A stretch of 64,000 bases of DNA from Candidatus Aenigmatarchaeota archaeon (GTDB lineage: Archaea > Aenigmatarchaeota > Aenigmatarchaeia > CG10238-14 > SCSR01), in the NCBI GenBank assembly GCA_016213525.1, contig JACRAE010000005.1:17405-81404 (forward strand), read 5' to 3'. The notes under the pieces were generated by a model. That model saw nothing but the letters and a program-made list of their open reading frames with translations. It was not told the DNA's origin and made no database searches. This document shows, piece after piece, positions 20,150-29,882 of this stretch (positions are counted from its first letter, which is position 1; each line of letters starts with the position of its first letter). Made by a program: the position numbers and the translations under genes.

Positions 20150-22015
20150 TTATCTCTTTTCCGAGAGCCTCTTCACCGTCTTTATGACGAGCTGGGGGTC
20201 CGCCTTGCCGCGAACCTTCGACATGACGATTCCAACGAGCTTGCCCGGGTTCGATTCCGCCTCCGACATGGTCTTCGAGACGACCTCCTCTATCTCCTTC
20301 TCCGTCATCATCTCCAGCTTGAGGTCTCCCATTATCTCGGCTGCCGACTTTTCCGGATGCTTCGCGGCGTACTTCAGGACCTCCGGTATGGCCTCCTTCG
20401 CCAGCATACCCTTCGACACGGCGCCGAACATGTCGAAGAACAGGTCGTCCGGCACCGGACCGATGTCGACGCCTTCCCTTCTCTGGAGATCCTTTGCGAC
20501 CGAGACGAACGTGTTCGCGACCACTGAAGCGTCCGCCCCGCTGCGCCTTATCGACTCCTCGAATATGTCGGCGTGCGGCGACCTCATTATCTCGTTGACC
20601 AAGGAGTCAGACATCTTGTACTGCGACTTGAACCTCGCCGCCTTCTTCGGTATGAGCTCTGGCAGGTTCTGCCTTATCTTCTCAATCAGATCTTCGCTTA
20701 TCGGGACCGGCTGTATGTCAGTTTCAGGGTACATCCTCTTCGAGCCGGGCAGCGGCCTGTTGTACCTGCTTGAGCCGTCAGGGGAGACGCTCCTCGTGCC
20801 CTCCTGCGGACCCTTCAGAAGAATCCTTGCCCTCTCGATTATTTCTTTTGCGACCCTTCCCTTCGTCTTGCCCTCGCCCAGAACAATTATCGCGTCCTCC
20901 TTCCCGACCTTCAGGTGGCGCCTGAGATTCTCGAAGTCCTCGACGAGCCCATACTTTGAGAGGTCCTCGTCCGTGTGGAAGAGTCCCTTCAGGCCGAAAG
21001 CGACCGCCACGTCCGCCATCTCCCTTCCGAGCGTCTTGCCCTCGAACAGTGGCCTCTTCAATAGACCGTCGAATTTCGGGAGCACGACCGAGAATATGTT
21101 GCCCCCACTGTCGAGCGTCGACCTCAGTATCTTGTTCTCCGTTCCGGACAGGAAGTCCGACACGCAGACCGGGTCGTCGTGTATTTTTTTTAGCCCCCTC
21201 CTCTTCAGTTCATCGGCGAGCGAGATGAGCGATATCTGGCGGTTGATCTCGTTCTCCATGGCGACGGACAGCATGCCGAGCTCCTGTATGCCTTTCAGCT
21301 CGTTCCTGGCCCCGCCCCTCACGGAGACGTTGAGGTCCTGCCTTATCGCGCCCATGTTCTTCTTGGCCTTGCCAGTCGAGCGCACTACCATCCCTATCTC
21401 GAATGCTATATCCTCGACGTCCTTGGGCGAGAATCCCTCGAGGAGTCCGGTCGCTATCTCAATCAGGGGAACCCCGAGTCTGCTGAGCCTGTATCTCACT
21501 ATGCCGCCCTCCTCGCCGACTATCGAAGACGCGTCCTCTTCCAGCGACACCTGGTCTATGGGTATCCTCCTTCCGTTATATTCCATGTGCCCGCCCATGC
21601 CCACGACCATAGTCCTCTGGAAGGACGTGGTGTTGCTACCGTCTATCACCGCCTTCCTCATGACGTGCACCTCGTCCGGAATCTTGCAGTTGAGCATTAG
21701 AGACACGGCTATCCCCGTCTCCAGCGCCTCCTGGTTCAACATGTGCGGGGGCTCCTCGTCCATCTCGACTTGGCAGGTCTCGCCGCGGAACGCCTCGTAA
21801 ACAAAAACCCTGTCCCTCATCACCTCGTACTGAGCGGCCACGTCGTACTCGCCGAGCTCGCTCGCCACAGGGTGCTGCTTCCTCACCACTGTCCCGACTG
21901 GCACCTCGCCTCTCATCTGGGTCGAGCAGCCGCAGAACAGCTTCTCCCTCGTGTTGAGCTGGTTGTGCACCTCTATGCCGGCCTTCAGGCCCAGATCTTC
22001 TTTGTCGGCGCTCAT
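20150..22015 (-). CDS. gatE: Glu-tRNA(Gln) amidotransferase subunit E
   Basis: GIEVHNQL, KLFC, DGSNTTSFQRT, RLGVPLIEI, RMYPETD. Confidence 0.95.
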   Translation of the reverse strand: MSADKEDLGLKAGIEVHNQLNTREKLFCGCSTQMRGEVPVGTVVRKQHPVASELGEYDVAAQYEVMRDRVFVYEAFRGETCQVEMDEEPPHMLNQEALETGIAVSLMLNCKIPDEVHVMRKAVIDGSNTTSFQRTMVVGMGGHMEYNGRRIPIDQVSLEEDASSIVGEEGGIVRYRLSRLGVPLIEIATGLLEGFSPKDVEDIAFEIGMVVRSTGKAKKNMGAIRQDLNVSVRGGARNELKGIQELGMLSVAMENEINRQISLISLADELKRRGLKKIHDDPVCVSDFLSGTENKILRSTLDSGGNIFSVVLPKFDGLLKRPLFEGKTLGREMADVAVAFGLKGLFHTDEDLSKYGLVEDFENLRRHLKVGKEDAIIVLGEGKTKGRVAKEIIERARILLKGPQEGTRSVSPDGSSRYNRPLPGSKRMYPETDIQPVPISEDLIEKIRQNLPELIPKKAARFKSQYKMSDSLVNEIMRSPHADIFEESIRRSGADASVVANTFVSVAKDLQRREGVDIGPVPDDLFFDMFGAVSKGMLAKEAIPEVLKYAAKHPEKSAAEIMGDLKLEMMTEKEIEEVVSKTMSEAESNPGKLVGIVMSKVRGKADPQLVIKTVKRLSEKR

Positions 22016-22566
22016 TTTCTAACCATTTCCCTTATCTCCTCGAAAACTTCTCTGATTTCGGGGGTCTTAATCTTCATGTCGGCGGTCTTCAGGAATACAG
22101 TCAAGTCATCGCCCGTCCTGTCCCGGTACTCGAGAAGCTGCACGCAGTAGTCTAGTATGTCGAGATCCTTCACCAAAACGGACTCCGGAGTTTTCCTCTC
22201 CTCATATTCCCTCCATAAGTCCAGGAACTCCCCGGCGGAGTCGGCCGGCAGCTTCGATATGATTCTCCTCGTGGCGTCGTCACCCAACCTTTTTTTCTCT
22301 TCGTTGCTCACTGTCTGGTCCCTCTCATCGAGCCTCGTCGCTATGTCGCCCGTGTAGACCTCGCCGATGTCGTGCACAATTGCCATCTTGATGCATTTGT
22401 CGGCGTTGAGTCCGAGCCTCTTGGCGAAAACCATTGCGAGCATGGCAGTGCTGAACGAGTGGTCCGCCACGCTCTCCGGCTCCTCGACGCCGGTTATTAC
22501 CCAACCAGATCTTTCGATGTCCTTCAGCTTGATTACCTCACGGAGAAATTCCAGTTCGCCCGACAA
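22012..22566 (-). CDS. HD-domain hydrolase (5'-deoxynucleotidase-like)
   Basis: LKDIERSGW, ESVADHS, VHDIGE; TTG start inferred just after gatD stop. Confidence 0.85.
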   Translation of the reverse strand: MSGELEFLREVIKLKDIERSGWVITGVEEPESVADHSFSTAMLAMVFAKRLGLNADKCIKMAIVHDIGEVYTGDIATRLDERDQTVSNEEKKRLGDDATRRIISKLPADSAGEFLDLWREYEERKTPESVLVKDLDILDYCVQLLEYRDRTGDDLTVFLKTADMKIKTPEIREVFEEIREMVRK

Positions 22567-22574
22567 AGAATCAC

Positions 22575-23921
22575 TCACACCAGGAACGAGGACGGCTCTA
22601 TGTCCTTCGACAGTTCGCCCGCGAAGTTGGTCGACATCATCTCCCTCACCTTGTCCATGTCCTTCGTGTGGCCGAGGACCCACATCAGCTTCACCAGAGC
22701 CGTCTCCGGAAGCCAGTCCGCCCCGTCTCCTATCACGCCGGCCTGCTTCAGGAGCCTGCCGGCACTGTAGACATTCAAGTCGAGCCTGCCGTAGATTGTC
22801 TGGGGCGCCATGACCACAGGGACGCCGGAGTCTACGAGGCTCCTGACAGCCGGCACCACGCTCTGCGCGAACTTCTCGTTCGACGGGTTCGTCGGGACGT
22901 GACCCAGCCCCGTGCCGGAGAGGACGACGCCGTCGAAGAACTTCTTCGAGGCCTCGATGAGCTCGGGCTTTATCCCGGGATGTATCTGGATGAGCCCCAC
23001 GTCGGGGTTCATCTTGTCGTCGAGCCTGATTTTCCTGCCGGACCTCTTCGAATAATCTGACCTGAGGTATTCCACCTTCGCGTCGGAGAACCACAGCTTC
23101 GCGTAGGGCAGGGTGTTTATCGAGCGGAAAGCGTCCCTCCTGCTGGTGTGCATCTTCCTGACCTTGTTCCCCTGGTGCAGGTAGCAGTAGTCGTCGTTGC
23201 TCGTCGCGTGCATGCAGACCGAGACCTCGGCCACGTCGGAGTGCGCCGCCGCGTTGGTAGCGCAGACCAGGTTCATAAGGTTGTCGCTGCTGCCCCTGTC
23301 GCTGCTCCTCTGCGCGCCCACGACAACGACGGGGGCCGGCAGGCTTTGGAGCATGAAGCTCAGGGCCGCGGCGGTGTAGTTCATTGTGTCCGTGCCGTGC
23401 ATGAGGACGACGCCGTCGGCGCCGGACTCAATCTCCCTCGCCGATTCCTTGGCAATAATCTTCCAGTGCTCCGGCGTCATGTCCTCAGAGAAAAGCCTGA
23501 AGAGCTCGCGCCCTTTGACGTTGGCTATCCCCTTCAGCTGGGGGAAGGACTTCAGGAGGTCACCTGGAGAGAACTCTGGGAAAACCGCACCGGTGTCGTA
23601 CTCGACCCTAGAGGCTATGGTGCCGCCCGCCCCCATTATGGAGACTAGCGGCTTCTTCGAGTCGTGCTGGGCCTCCACAACCGCGTGCCTGTGCGACACC
23701 GCCTTCCCCTTGCCTAAAAATTCAATCTCGACGCCCTTTCCGTACCTGATGCCCACATTGTACCCGTTGTCCTGCTTTATCACGAGGGACGACGTGTCTG
23801 AGAGCTCTATCCTAGGGAGGAGCATCCCCTCGACGGTGAAGCCGTCCTTGGTGACGCCGACCCTGTCACCCACAGATATTTTTTTCGCCTTCAGGGCCCT
23901 GTCTATGTCCAGAGAATACAT
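22575..23921 (-). CDS. gatD: Glu-tRNA(Gln) amidotransferase subunit D
   Basis: GGTIASR, HGTDTM, GAQRSSDRGSSD, RKMHTSRRDAF. Confidence 0.95.
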   Translation of the reverse strand: MYSLDIDRALKAKKISVGDRVGVTKDGFTVEGMLLPRIELSDTSSLVIKQDNGYNVGIRYGKGVEIEFLGKGKAVSHRHAVVEAQHDSKKPLVSIMGAGGTIASRVEYDTGAVFPEFSPGDLLKSFPQLKGIANVKGRELFRLFSEDMTPEHWKIIAKESAREIESGADGVVLMHGTDTMNYTAAALSFMLQSLPAPVVVVGAQRSSDRGSSDNLMNLVCATNAAAHSDVAEVSVCMHATSNDDYCYLHQGNKVRKMHTSRRDAFRSINTLPYAKLWFSDAKVEYLRSDYSKRSGRKIRLDDKMNPDVGLIQIHPGIKPELIEASKKFFDGVVLSGTGLGHVPTNPSNEKFAQSVVPAVRSLVDSGVPVVMAPQTIYGRLDLNVYSAGRLLKQAGVIGDGADWLPETALVKLMWVLGHTKDMDKVREMMSTNFAGELSKDIEPSSFLV

Positions 23922-23956
23922 TTTCCTCTAACAAATGTTTGTAGCCGATGCTTTAA

Positions 23957-25099
23957 TCACTTTGCGAACATTATTTCGACCACGTCGTTGTTCCTGAGCT
24001 CGTAGTCCGCCGCCAGCCTCTTCTTGGTCTTCGCGTCCACGCCGGCTATGAACTTCTCGCCCAGAGAGGTGTGTATCTTGAACGCCAGCTCCTTGACGGT
24101 GGTCCCCCTCGGCACGAGGTGCACGTCGGGCAGCACGTTGCCCTCCTTGTCGGACATCTTGTTGACGTTCGCCACCGGGTAGACCGCTATGCAGTCCATT
24201 GTCTCGAATACCGCCTTGTTTATGCAGTCCTGAACGCCGGTCGAGCCGTACAGGTCCAGGACCTTCTGCTTGATTATTTCCAGCGCGTGCCTCTGCCTGT
24301 CGTCGAGACTGCCGACAATCTCGAAGCCGCCGCCCGGAAGGTATTTTATCATCCCCTTCTCCGCAGCCTTCTTGAGGACTATCTCGGCCTCCGCGGACGA
24401 GGGGACGGCAGACACCTCTCCCCTCAATTTTCTCGAGTTCTCCCTCGCCGACTCCACATCGCACTTATTGGCGGCTATGATTATCGGCTTCGACTTCATC
24501 CTGAGGGCCGTTGCGAACTCGGTCGAGATAGGATTCTCGTGCTCTAGGAGCGCCGCCTCTATCTCGGGCTTCGAGATCTCCAGACCGCTGAGCTGGTCGG
24601 AGAGCACTTGGACGACCTCTTCCTGCGTCTTCGCCTTCGAGAGCTTTGGGCCGGCCTTCTCCAGGATTGAGTGCATCCACCAGTCTATCTCCCTCTCCAA
24701 AAATTCCACGTCCCTCATGGGCTCGTGGCCCGACGTAGGGTTGCCCTCCTCGTCCGTCTGGCCCGACGCGTCGACGACGTGTATCAACACCGAAGCCTGG
24801 CGTAGGTCGTCGAGGAACTTGTTCCCCAGCCCCTTTCCCTCATGCGCGCCGGGGACGAGGCCGGCGACGTCGACCATCCTTACCGGCACGAACCTCTTCC
24901 CGTCCTTGCAGTGGCCGCTCTTCGGGCTGCATTTCAGTCCGAACTCCTTCTCGACGCAGTCGATTATTGCATATCCTATTCCCATGTTCGGCTGTATCGT
25001 CGTGAACGGTACGGGCGATATCTTGACGTCGATCATCGTCGCCGCCTTGAAGAACGAGCTTTTACCGGAAGACGGTTTCCCAACGAGCCCTATGATCAT
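23957..25099 (-). CDS. ychF: YchF/OBG-family NTPase
   Basis: GKPSSGKSS, PFTTI, DVAGLVPGAHEGKGLGNKFL, TGS domain. Confidence 0.92.
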   Translation of the reverse strand: MIIGLVGKPSSGKSSFFKAATMIDVKISPVPFTTIQPNMGIGYAIIDCVEKEFGLKCSPKSGHCKDGKRFVPVRMVDVAGLVPGAHEGKGLGNKFLDDLRQASVLIHVVDASGQTDEEGNPTSGHEPMRDVEFLEREIDWWMHSILEKAGPKLSKAKTQEEVVQVLSDQLSGLEISKPEIEAALLEHENPISTEFATALRMKSKPIIIAANKCDVESARENSRKLRGEVSAVPSSAEAEIVLKKAAEKGMIKYLPGGGFEIVGSLDDRQRHALEIIKQKVLDLYGSTGVQDCINKAVFETMDCIAVYPVANVNKMSDKEGNVLPDVHLVPRGTTVKELAFKIHTSLGEKFIAGVDAKTKKRLAADYELRNNDVVEIMFAK

Positions 25100-25134
25100 T
25101 TTTGTTCACCGCAGAATAACACAGGTTAATCCGT

Positions 25135-25653
25135 CTAGGCCCTGTTCTTTACCCTCTTCTTGATCTTCTCGAGCATCGGCTCCTTCTCGCCGACCAGCTT
25201 GAGGTACGCGAAGTCGGGGTGTATGCCCGAGCTGTTCGTTATGTTGACCTCGACGTGCTTTATCCCGGCCTCGGACCGTATCTGGTTGTTGATGAACGCC
25301 TCAAGATTGGCAAAGTCCTCCGCCACCAGGGACAGTATGAGGTTGTGGTTGCCCGAGGCGCGCATTATCCTGAGAACCCTCGGGGAGTTCGAGAGCCTCT
25401 TAATCAACGAGTCGACCGTGTCCTGGTCCGCCTCTATGCCGACGGCCGCCCCCACCGGATAGAGCTCCTGGATGTTTATCAAAATAGTGGGCTTGATTAT
25501 CCTGTTCTTAATCAACCTGTCAATCCTCTCCTTTATCGCCGCTGGGGTGACGCCGAGGTCGTTGGCGAGCTTCGTATATTTCACCCTCCCGTCCTTAATC
25601 ATCTCGGAAATGATGTATTTGTTCACTTCGTCTAAATTATTTTTAGTTTTCAT
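25135..25653 (-). CDS. Lrp/AsnC family transcriptional regulator
   Basis: N-terminal HTH (DGRVKYTKLA..LGVT) plus RAM domain. Confidence 0.88.
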   Translation of the reverse strand: MKTKNNLDEVNKYIISEMIKDGRVKYTKLANDLGVTPAAIKERIDRLIKNRIIKPTILINIQELYPVGAAVGIEADQDTVDSLIKRLSNSPRVLRIMRASGNHNLILSLVAEDFANLEAFINNQIRSEAGIKHVEVNITNSSGIHPDFAYLKLVGEKEPMLEKIKKRVKNRA

Positions 25654-25836
25654 GCCCTCAACACGTTTTTTTAATTCTTTAAGGCATATAAGCTTTATTC
25701 TTTGAAAATATGGCAGGAAGCCGTGTTTTATATAAATAATTTATGATTTCGGCCCAAAATCACCATTTTTCTTAGGCAACCCATATATAGTCCGTTCCGG
25801 CATTAGGACAGTAGATGGATTCGGAGATGGAAGAAA

Positions 25837-26385
25837 ATGATATACAAGAACAACGAGACGACGATATGCCGTCTATGCCTGGAGCCGGTGACGAACTTCA
25901 TCTGCACCGACTGCCTGTTTGACAACATCCAGAAATGGGTTTCGGCCAACTCGACAAACCCGTTCCAGGTGAGGATTCTCCTGAGGGGGAAGCACTCCGA
26001 CGTGAGGAGGGTGCTCTCCAACGACGCGAACCGTGGCTTTTGTGTTTCCTGCAAGAGCGAGGTGGACGAGATCGCCTGCCCGTGCTGCTACCTTTACGAG
26101 ATGGGGACCGCGATAAAATCGATCGAGCCCGGGCTGGTCAAGGGCTTCGAGCGCGACTTCAACTTTGACGTCATAGTTCACCACAACATGTCGCAGGTCA
26201 GTCTCTGGGAGTCGATGCACGGCAGGATTCTCGCCTCCCGCTCCTTTAGGCCCATACTGATAACGGACAAGAGGAGGGGCACCGATTTGAACTCATGCGA
26301 AAGTTGCGAGGTTGACTCCGAGGAGCTGGCCGACGTTGGGGGCCACTGGCTCTGCGAGTCCTGCCGCGACGAAGCGCCCGAATAG
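25837..26385 (+). CDS. Cys-rich putative zinc-binding protein
   Basis: Multiple CxxC motifs. Confidence 0.75.
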   Translation: MIYKNNETTICRLCLEPVTNFICTDCLFDNIQKWVSANSTNPFQVRILLRGKHSDVRRVLSNDANRGFCVSCKSEVDEIACPCCYLYEMGTAIKSIEPGLVKGFERDFNFDVIVHHNMSQVSLWESMHGRILASRSFRPILITDKRRGTDLNSCESCEVDSEELADVGGHWLCESCRDEAPE

Positions 26386-26418
26386 GATTTTCCGGCGGAA
26401 CGACGTCCTGTCTAGGGT

Positions 26419-26835
26419 CTAGAATGGGTTTCTCGACTTCGCCATCTCGAGGAGCTGCTTCACCATCTTCTCGATTTGGACGAGCCTCTCGTTGAGGTTC
26501 TCGTTCTGCAGCCTTATGCTGTCCACCTGGGTCATCATGAGGTCGATCTTCGCCTTCATGTTCTCCTGAGACGCGAACTGGTTCTGGTGCGCCTGCGACG
26601 GCTGCGGAAGCGGGGGCAGGGGGGCGGAGCCGTATCCCTGCGACGGATAATTTTGAGGCGGGTAGTTCTGAGGTAGCTGCTGCTCGTCGTACGACATCTT
26701 CTGGTCGGGGCCGAAGACGGGCTTGTTCATGCCAAGCGACGAGGAATAGTCGCCCGGGCCGGAGTCGACTGACGTGTCGTCCGCCTTCTTCTTCAAAAAG
26801 TTCAAGTTGACGCCGTCGAACAGTCCCATAATCAT
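26419..26835 (-). CDS. hypothetical protein, P/Q-rich with C-terminal coiled coil
   Basis: ORF overlapping the upstream gene by 4 nt. Confidence 0.75.
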   Translation of the reverse strand: MIMGLFDGVNLNFLKKKADDTSVDSGPGDYSSSLGMNKPVFGPDQKMSYDEQQLPQNYPPQNYPSQGYGSAPLPPLPQPSQAHQNQFASQENMKAKIDLMMTQVDSIRLQNENLNERLVQIEKMVKQLLEMAKSRNPF

Positions 26836-27356
26836 GGTATTGGTACGGATGGTATTTTAAGCGTTGTCCTTATCTCGTCCACCAGCCTGTCTATCCTCCT
26901 CTTGTGCCATTCGAGGTAGCGCCTCCTCCTCGGCTGGTAGTAGCCCGCCATGTACGGGAAGAAGAAAAGAGGGAACAGAAACTTGTTTATCGGGTTGCCT
27001 AGAAAACCGTCGAACTTCGTCTCGAGCCACCCGTGTATCTCTATCCTCAGGACGCCGTCCTTCGTCGGGTCCGTCGGCTGAGATCCCTGCATCTTGATGT
27101 CCACCCTGAAGCTGGTGAGCTTGTCTATGCCCTTGTCCACGAAGAGGTGGATGAAGAACGGCCTCGGGTCGGCGGTTATGTCCCACCTGAAGTCCGGCTC
27201 GAACATGTTCGTCCCCTTGACCTCCCATATAGTCTTCATCAGCTGGTCCAGCCTGTGGTAGACGGCCATCGGGTTCGGACCCTTATAGTCTATTTGTATG
27301 TACTCCCTCGGCGCAGGTATCTCGTCTCTGATTACATTCGAGAGGCGGAGGTCCAC
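26832..27356 (-). CDS. hypothetical protein (paralog of 27362-27889)
   Basis: YKGPNP..VY, DFRWD, K.IDK.T motifs shared with neighbour. Confidence 0.8.
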   Translation of the reverse strand: MDLRLSNVIRDEIPAPREYIQIDYKGPNPMAVYHRLDQLMKTIWEVKGTNMFEPDFRWDITADPRPFFIHLFVDKGIDKLTSFRVDIKMQGSQPTDPTKDGVLRIEIHGWLETKFDGFLGNPINKFLFPLFFFPYMAGYYQPRRRRYLEWHKRRIDRLVDEIRTTLKIPSVPIP

Positions 27357-27361
27357 TCATC

Positions 27362-27889
27362 TCACTCCTTCGGAAGTATGTTCAAAAACGCCTTTATCTC
27401 GCGCTGGAAGTCTAGGAGAAGCCCGCGGCATTGCTCCCTGTAGACGTACCTCCTCTCCTGGTAGAACATCTTGTGCCAGAACGACCTGAAAATCTCGTAT
27501 ATGAGGCTCTTCTCCCAGACAGTGTCCTGCGGATAGTCCGTCCTGATTACGGCGTCTAGGGACAAGCGGAAGCTCCCCTCCTTGCCGAACTCCTTGCTCG
27601 GCTTCACGTCGCCGTTGAAGTCAACCCAGAGGAGCATGTAGGTGAAGCGGTCGAAGTCCTTGAACGCCTCTATCGCTCCGGAGAACTTCTCGGGCACGCC
27701 GGCGCGGTCCCATTTGAAGTCCCTCTCCTGGATGTTCTCGGGCTTAATCTTCAAATTGTCCTTGAGGAGTTCCATTATCTTCGCGTATGCCTTGTGCGGG
27801 TTCGGGCCCGTATAAGTGAGCCATATCTTAGGAGTCGGAAGCAGGCAGTCCTCTTCTATAGTGAGTTTTTGTCTTGCGAATATGGGCAT
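27362..27889 (-). CDS. hypothetical protein (paralog of 26832-27356)
   Basis: YTGPNP..AY, DFKWD, KDFDRFT. Confidence 0.8.
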   Translation of the reverse strand: MPIFARQKLTIEEDCLLPTPKIWLTYTGPNPHKAYAKIMELLKDNLKIKPENIQERDFKWDRAGVPEKFSGAIEAFKDFDRFTYMLLWVDFNGDVKPSKEFGKEGSFRLSLDAVIRTDYPQDTVWEKSLIYEIFRSFWHKMFYQERRYVYREQCRGLLLDFQREIKAFLNILPKE

Positions 27890-27945
27890 ACTGATACCTA
27901 TTAGTTGTCGTAACCTATTAATTATTTAAAAGGATAGTGTTTCTT

Positions 27946-28119
27946 ATGCCAGATATAGTAACGGGATTGGCGGGGGGTCTGCTCATAGTCGGGGGCTTGG
28001 CCATGATCTTTGTTTTCCCCGACATTAACGAGTATCAATCCAAGGCGTTCTCGTACACCGGGATACTCATCGGCGCTATAATGACTGCAACTGGCATAGG
28101 GCTGATGGTGTTCACATGA
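27946..28119 (+). CDS. small two-TM membrane protein
   Basis: Hydrophobic ORF whose stop overlaps the next ATG. Confidence 0.6.
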   Translation: MPDIVTGLAGGLLIVGGLAMIFVFPDINEYQSKAFSYTGILIGAIMTATGIGLMVFT

Positions 28120-29870
28120 GCTGGGTAGGCGGGGCGTACCTCAACCACAAGTACGCGAAGGACGGTCTGCCCGCGATGCTCGGTCCCAACATGGGGGCGG
28201 CCGAAGGTCTGTATGCGGGGTTCATACCGGGCGAGATAATCCACATGTCCCCGCCCAACGCGAGGTCGCAGATGATGATAGACACCCCTCTCGGGAAGGC
28301 GAGTGGTATATTTTTCGGCTTCATGTGGCAGATGAGGAAGCGCGGGTTCCACATCGTCAAGGCTAACGAGTGGATAGAGGTGTCTCCAGTCCATTCTCAA
28401 TATTACCAGCTCACGGTGCAGCAGAAGCAGACATTAGAAGGTCAGATTAAGGCTGCCCTGCACAGCGTCCACACTTCCATATCGGACGCCGAACTCATCT
28501 ACCACGACATGAGGAGGTATAAGGAATATATGAATTATTTCGAGAGGCTGGAGGAGGCCAAGACGAAGAAGAATATGGAGGAATACAAGAAGAACAACCA
28601 GACGCTGAAGTCAATTTTCATAGACCAGGTGGATGTCCACACCGGCGAGGGGGTCGCGCTGAAGCTGATTGTGTCCAGGTGGCCTACGATAATCGTCGAC
28701 TTCATGCGCATATCTGACGAGGACGACGACCCGGGGAAGATAGCTACAAAATACCAGTTTTCAGAGGCGGAAGGCGTCGTGCTCGCGACCAAGAACAAGC
28801 TGTACAAGGAATGGAGGGAGCTTTTCAAGGGCACCGTGATGGGTAGATGGGAAAACCTGAGGGAGCTCTCTTCCGCTAGGAAGCGCTCCATAGGTGAGTA
28901 CAGGAACATGGTGAAGCCCTACATAATGAGGCACAAGATGATTAGGGAGATGGGGGAGACCAAGACCGGCAGGGACGTTCTGCAGGGTTTCTCTTGGTGG
29001 AGGCCGTCCACCCAGGCGGTGTCTATAGACGCGGCCGAATATTGGATGTGGAAGCCTTTCTGGCCCCCCGAGATACACAGGCCATCTTTGCAGTACTTCA
29101 AAGAGAAGATACCGATAACGAGAATGAGGTATCCGAAGGATATGAAGGATTCGATAAGCGACAATTGGGACATAGTAAAGGAGAAGGGGTACGCCGAGCT
29201 CGAGACATTTTTGACCGGGATAGAGCCAGTCGACAAGTGGGTCTGGTATCTGAAGGACACGATGTCAAAGTGGTATAAAGACAACTTCAATTACCGCGCG
29301 AAGCTCGACCTCATAGACGTGCTCGATGCCAGGAAGGAGCTCAACGACATGTACACGGAATATGGGAGGTGGGACTGGCTGCCGAGCCCGTACTTCATGT
29401 GCCTGGAGGTGGAGACGTTCCGCGTCGTTGTCAGGAACCCCGACGGCACGGAGTCGGAGACTTTCATATTGGGCGATTATCCGAGGCACCCGCTCATGTG
29501 CCCTCTGGACTCGCAGAATGTAATACTTCTCAGACTGCTGGAGCTGAAGCTGCAGCAGAAGGAGGTCGAGAACTACATCACCGACATGGTCGGAGAGTCT
29601 GTAGATGGCCAAAAACTCGAGGATGCAATCAAGAACGACTATCCGAACCTCTTCAACAAGGGGAACAAGGTGAAGACAATAAAAAATGAGGCGAAAGGCA
29701 AGCTGAAAAAACCAACCGACTGGGAGAGGTCCTTCAAGCTCACCAGGTCCTCCGGCCTGTACGACACCATATTCATGGAGAGGGTGGCTGCGATAATGCT
29801 GAAGGAGGTCAACGGGACCGCCTACGCCCTAGCGAGAGGATACTTCAGGTCGGCAGTCGGAGTGCCTTGA
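28116..29870 (+). CDS. hypothetical protein
   Basis: 584-aa ORF with host-like codon usage. Confidence 0.85.
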   Translation: MSWVGGAYLNHKYAKDGLPAMLGPNMGAAEGLYAGFIPGEIIHMSPPNARSQMMIDTPLGKASGIFFGFMWQMRKRGFHIVKANEWIEVSPVHSQYYQLTVQQKQTLEGQIKAALHSVHTSISDAELIYHDMRRYKEYMNYFERLEEAKTKKNMEEYKKNNQTLKSIFIDQVDVHTGEGVALKLIVSRWPTIIVDFMRISDEDDDPGKIATKYQFSEAEGVVLATKNKLYKEWRELFKGTVMGRWENLRELSSARKRSIGEYRNMVKPYIMRHKMIREMGETKTGRDVLQGFSWWRPSTQAVSIDAAEYWMWKPFWPPEIHRPSLQYFKEKIPITRMRYPKDMKDSISDNWDIVKEKGYAELETFLTGIEPVDKWVWYLKDTMSKWYKDNFNYRAKLDLIDVLDARKELNDMYTEYGRWDWLPSPYFMCLEVETFRVVVRNPDGTESETFILGDYPRHPLMCPLDSQNVILLRLLELKLQQKEVENYITDMVGESVDGQKLEDAIKNDYPNLFNKGNKVKTIKNEAKGKLKKPTDWERSFKLTRSSGLYDTIFMERVAAIMLKEVNGTAYALARGYFRSAVGVP

Positions 29871-29882
29871 GGTGACTAGTCT

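Noticed and set aside
20184..21800. 538-aa antisense ORF over gatE, and similar long antisense ORFs elsewhere
   Set aside because: Ser-rich shadow frames caused by codon bias of the sense genes
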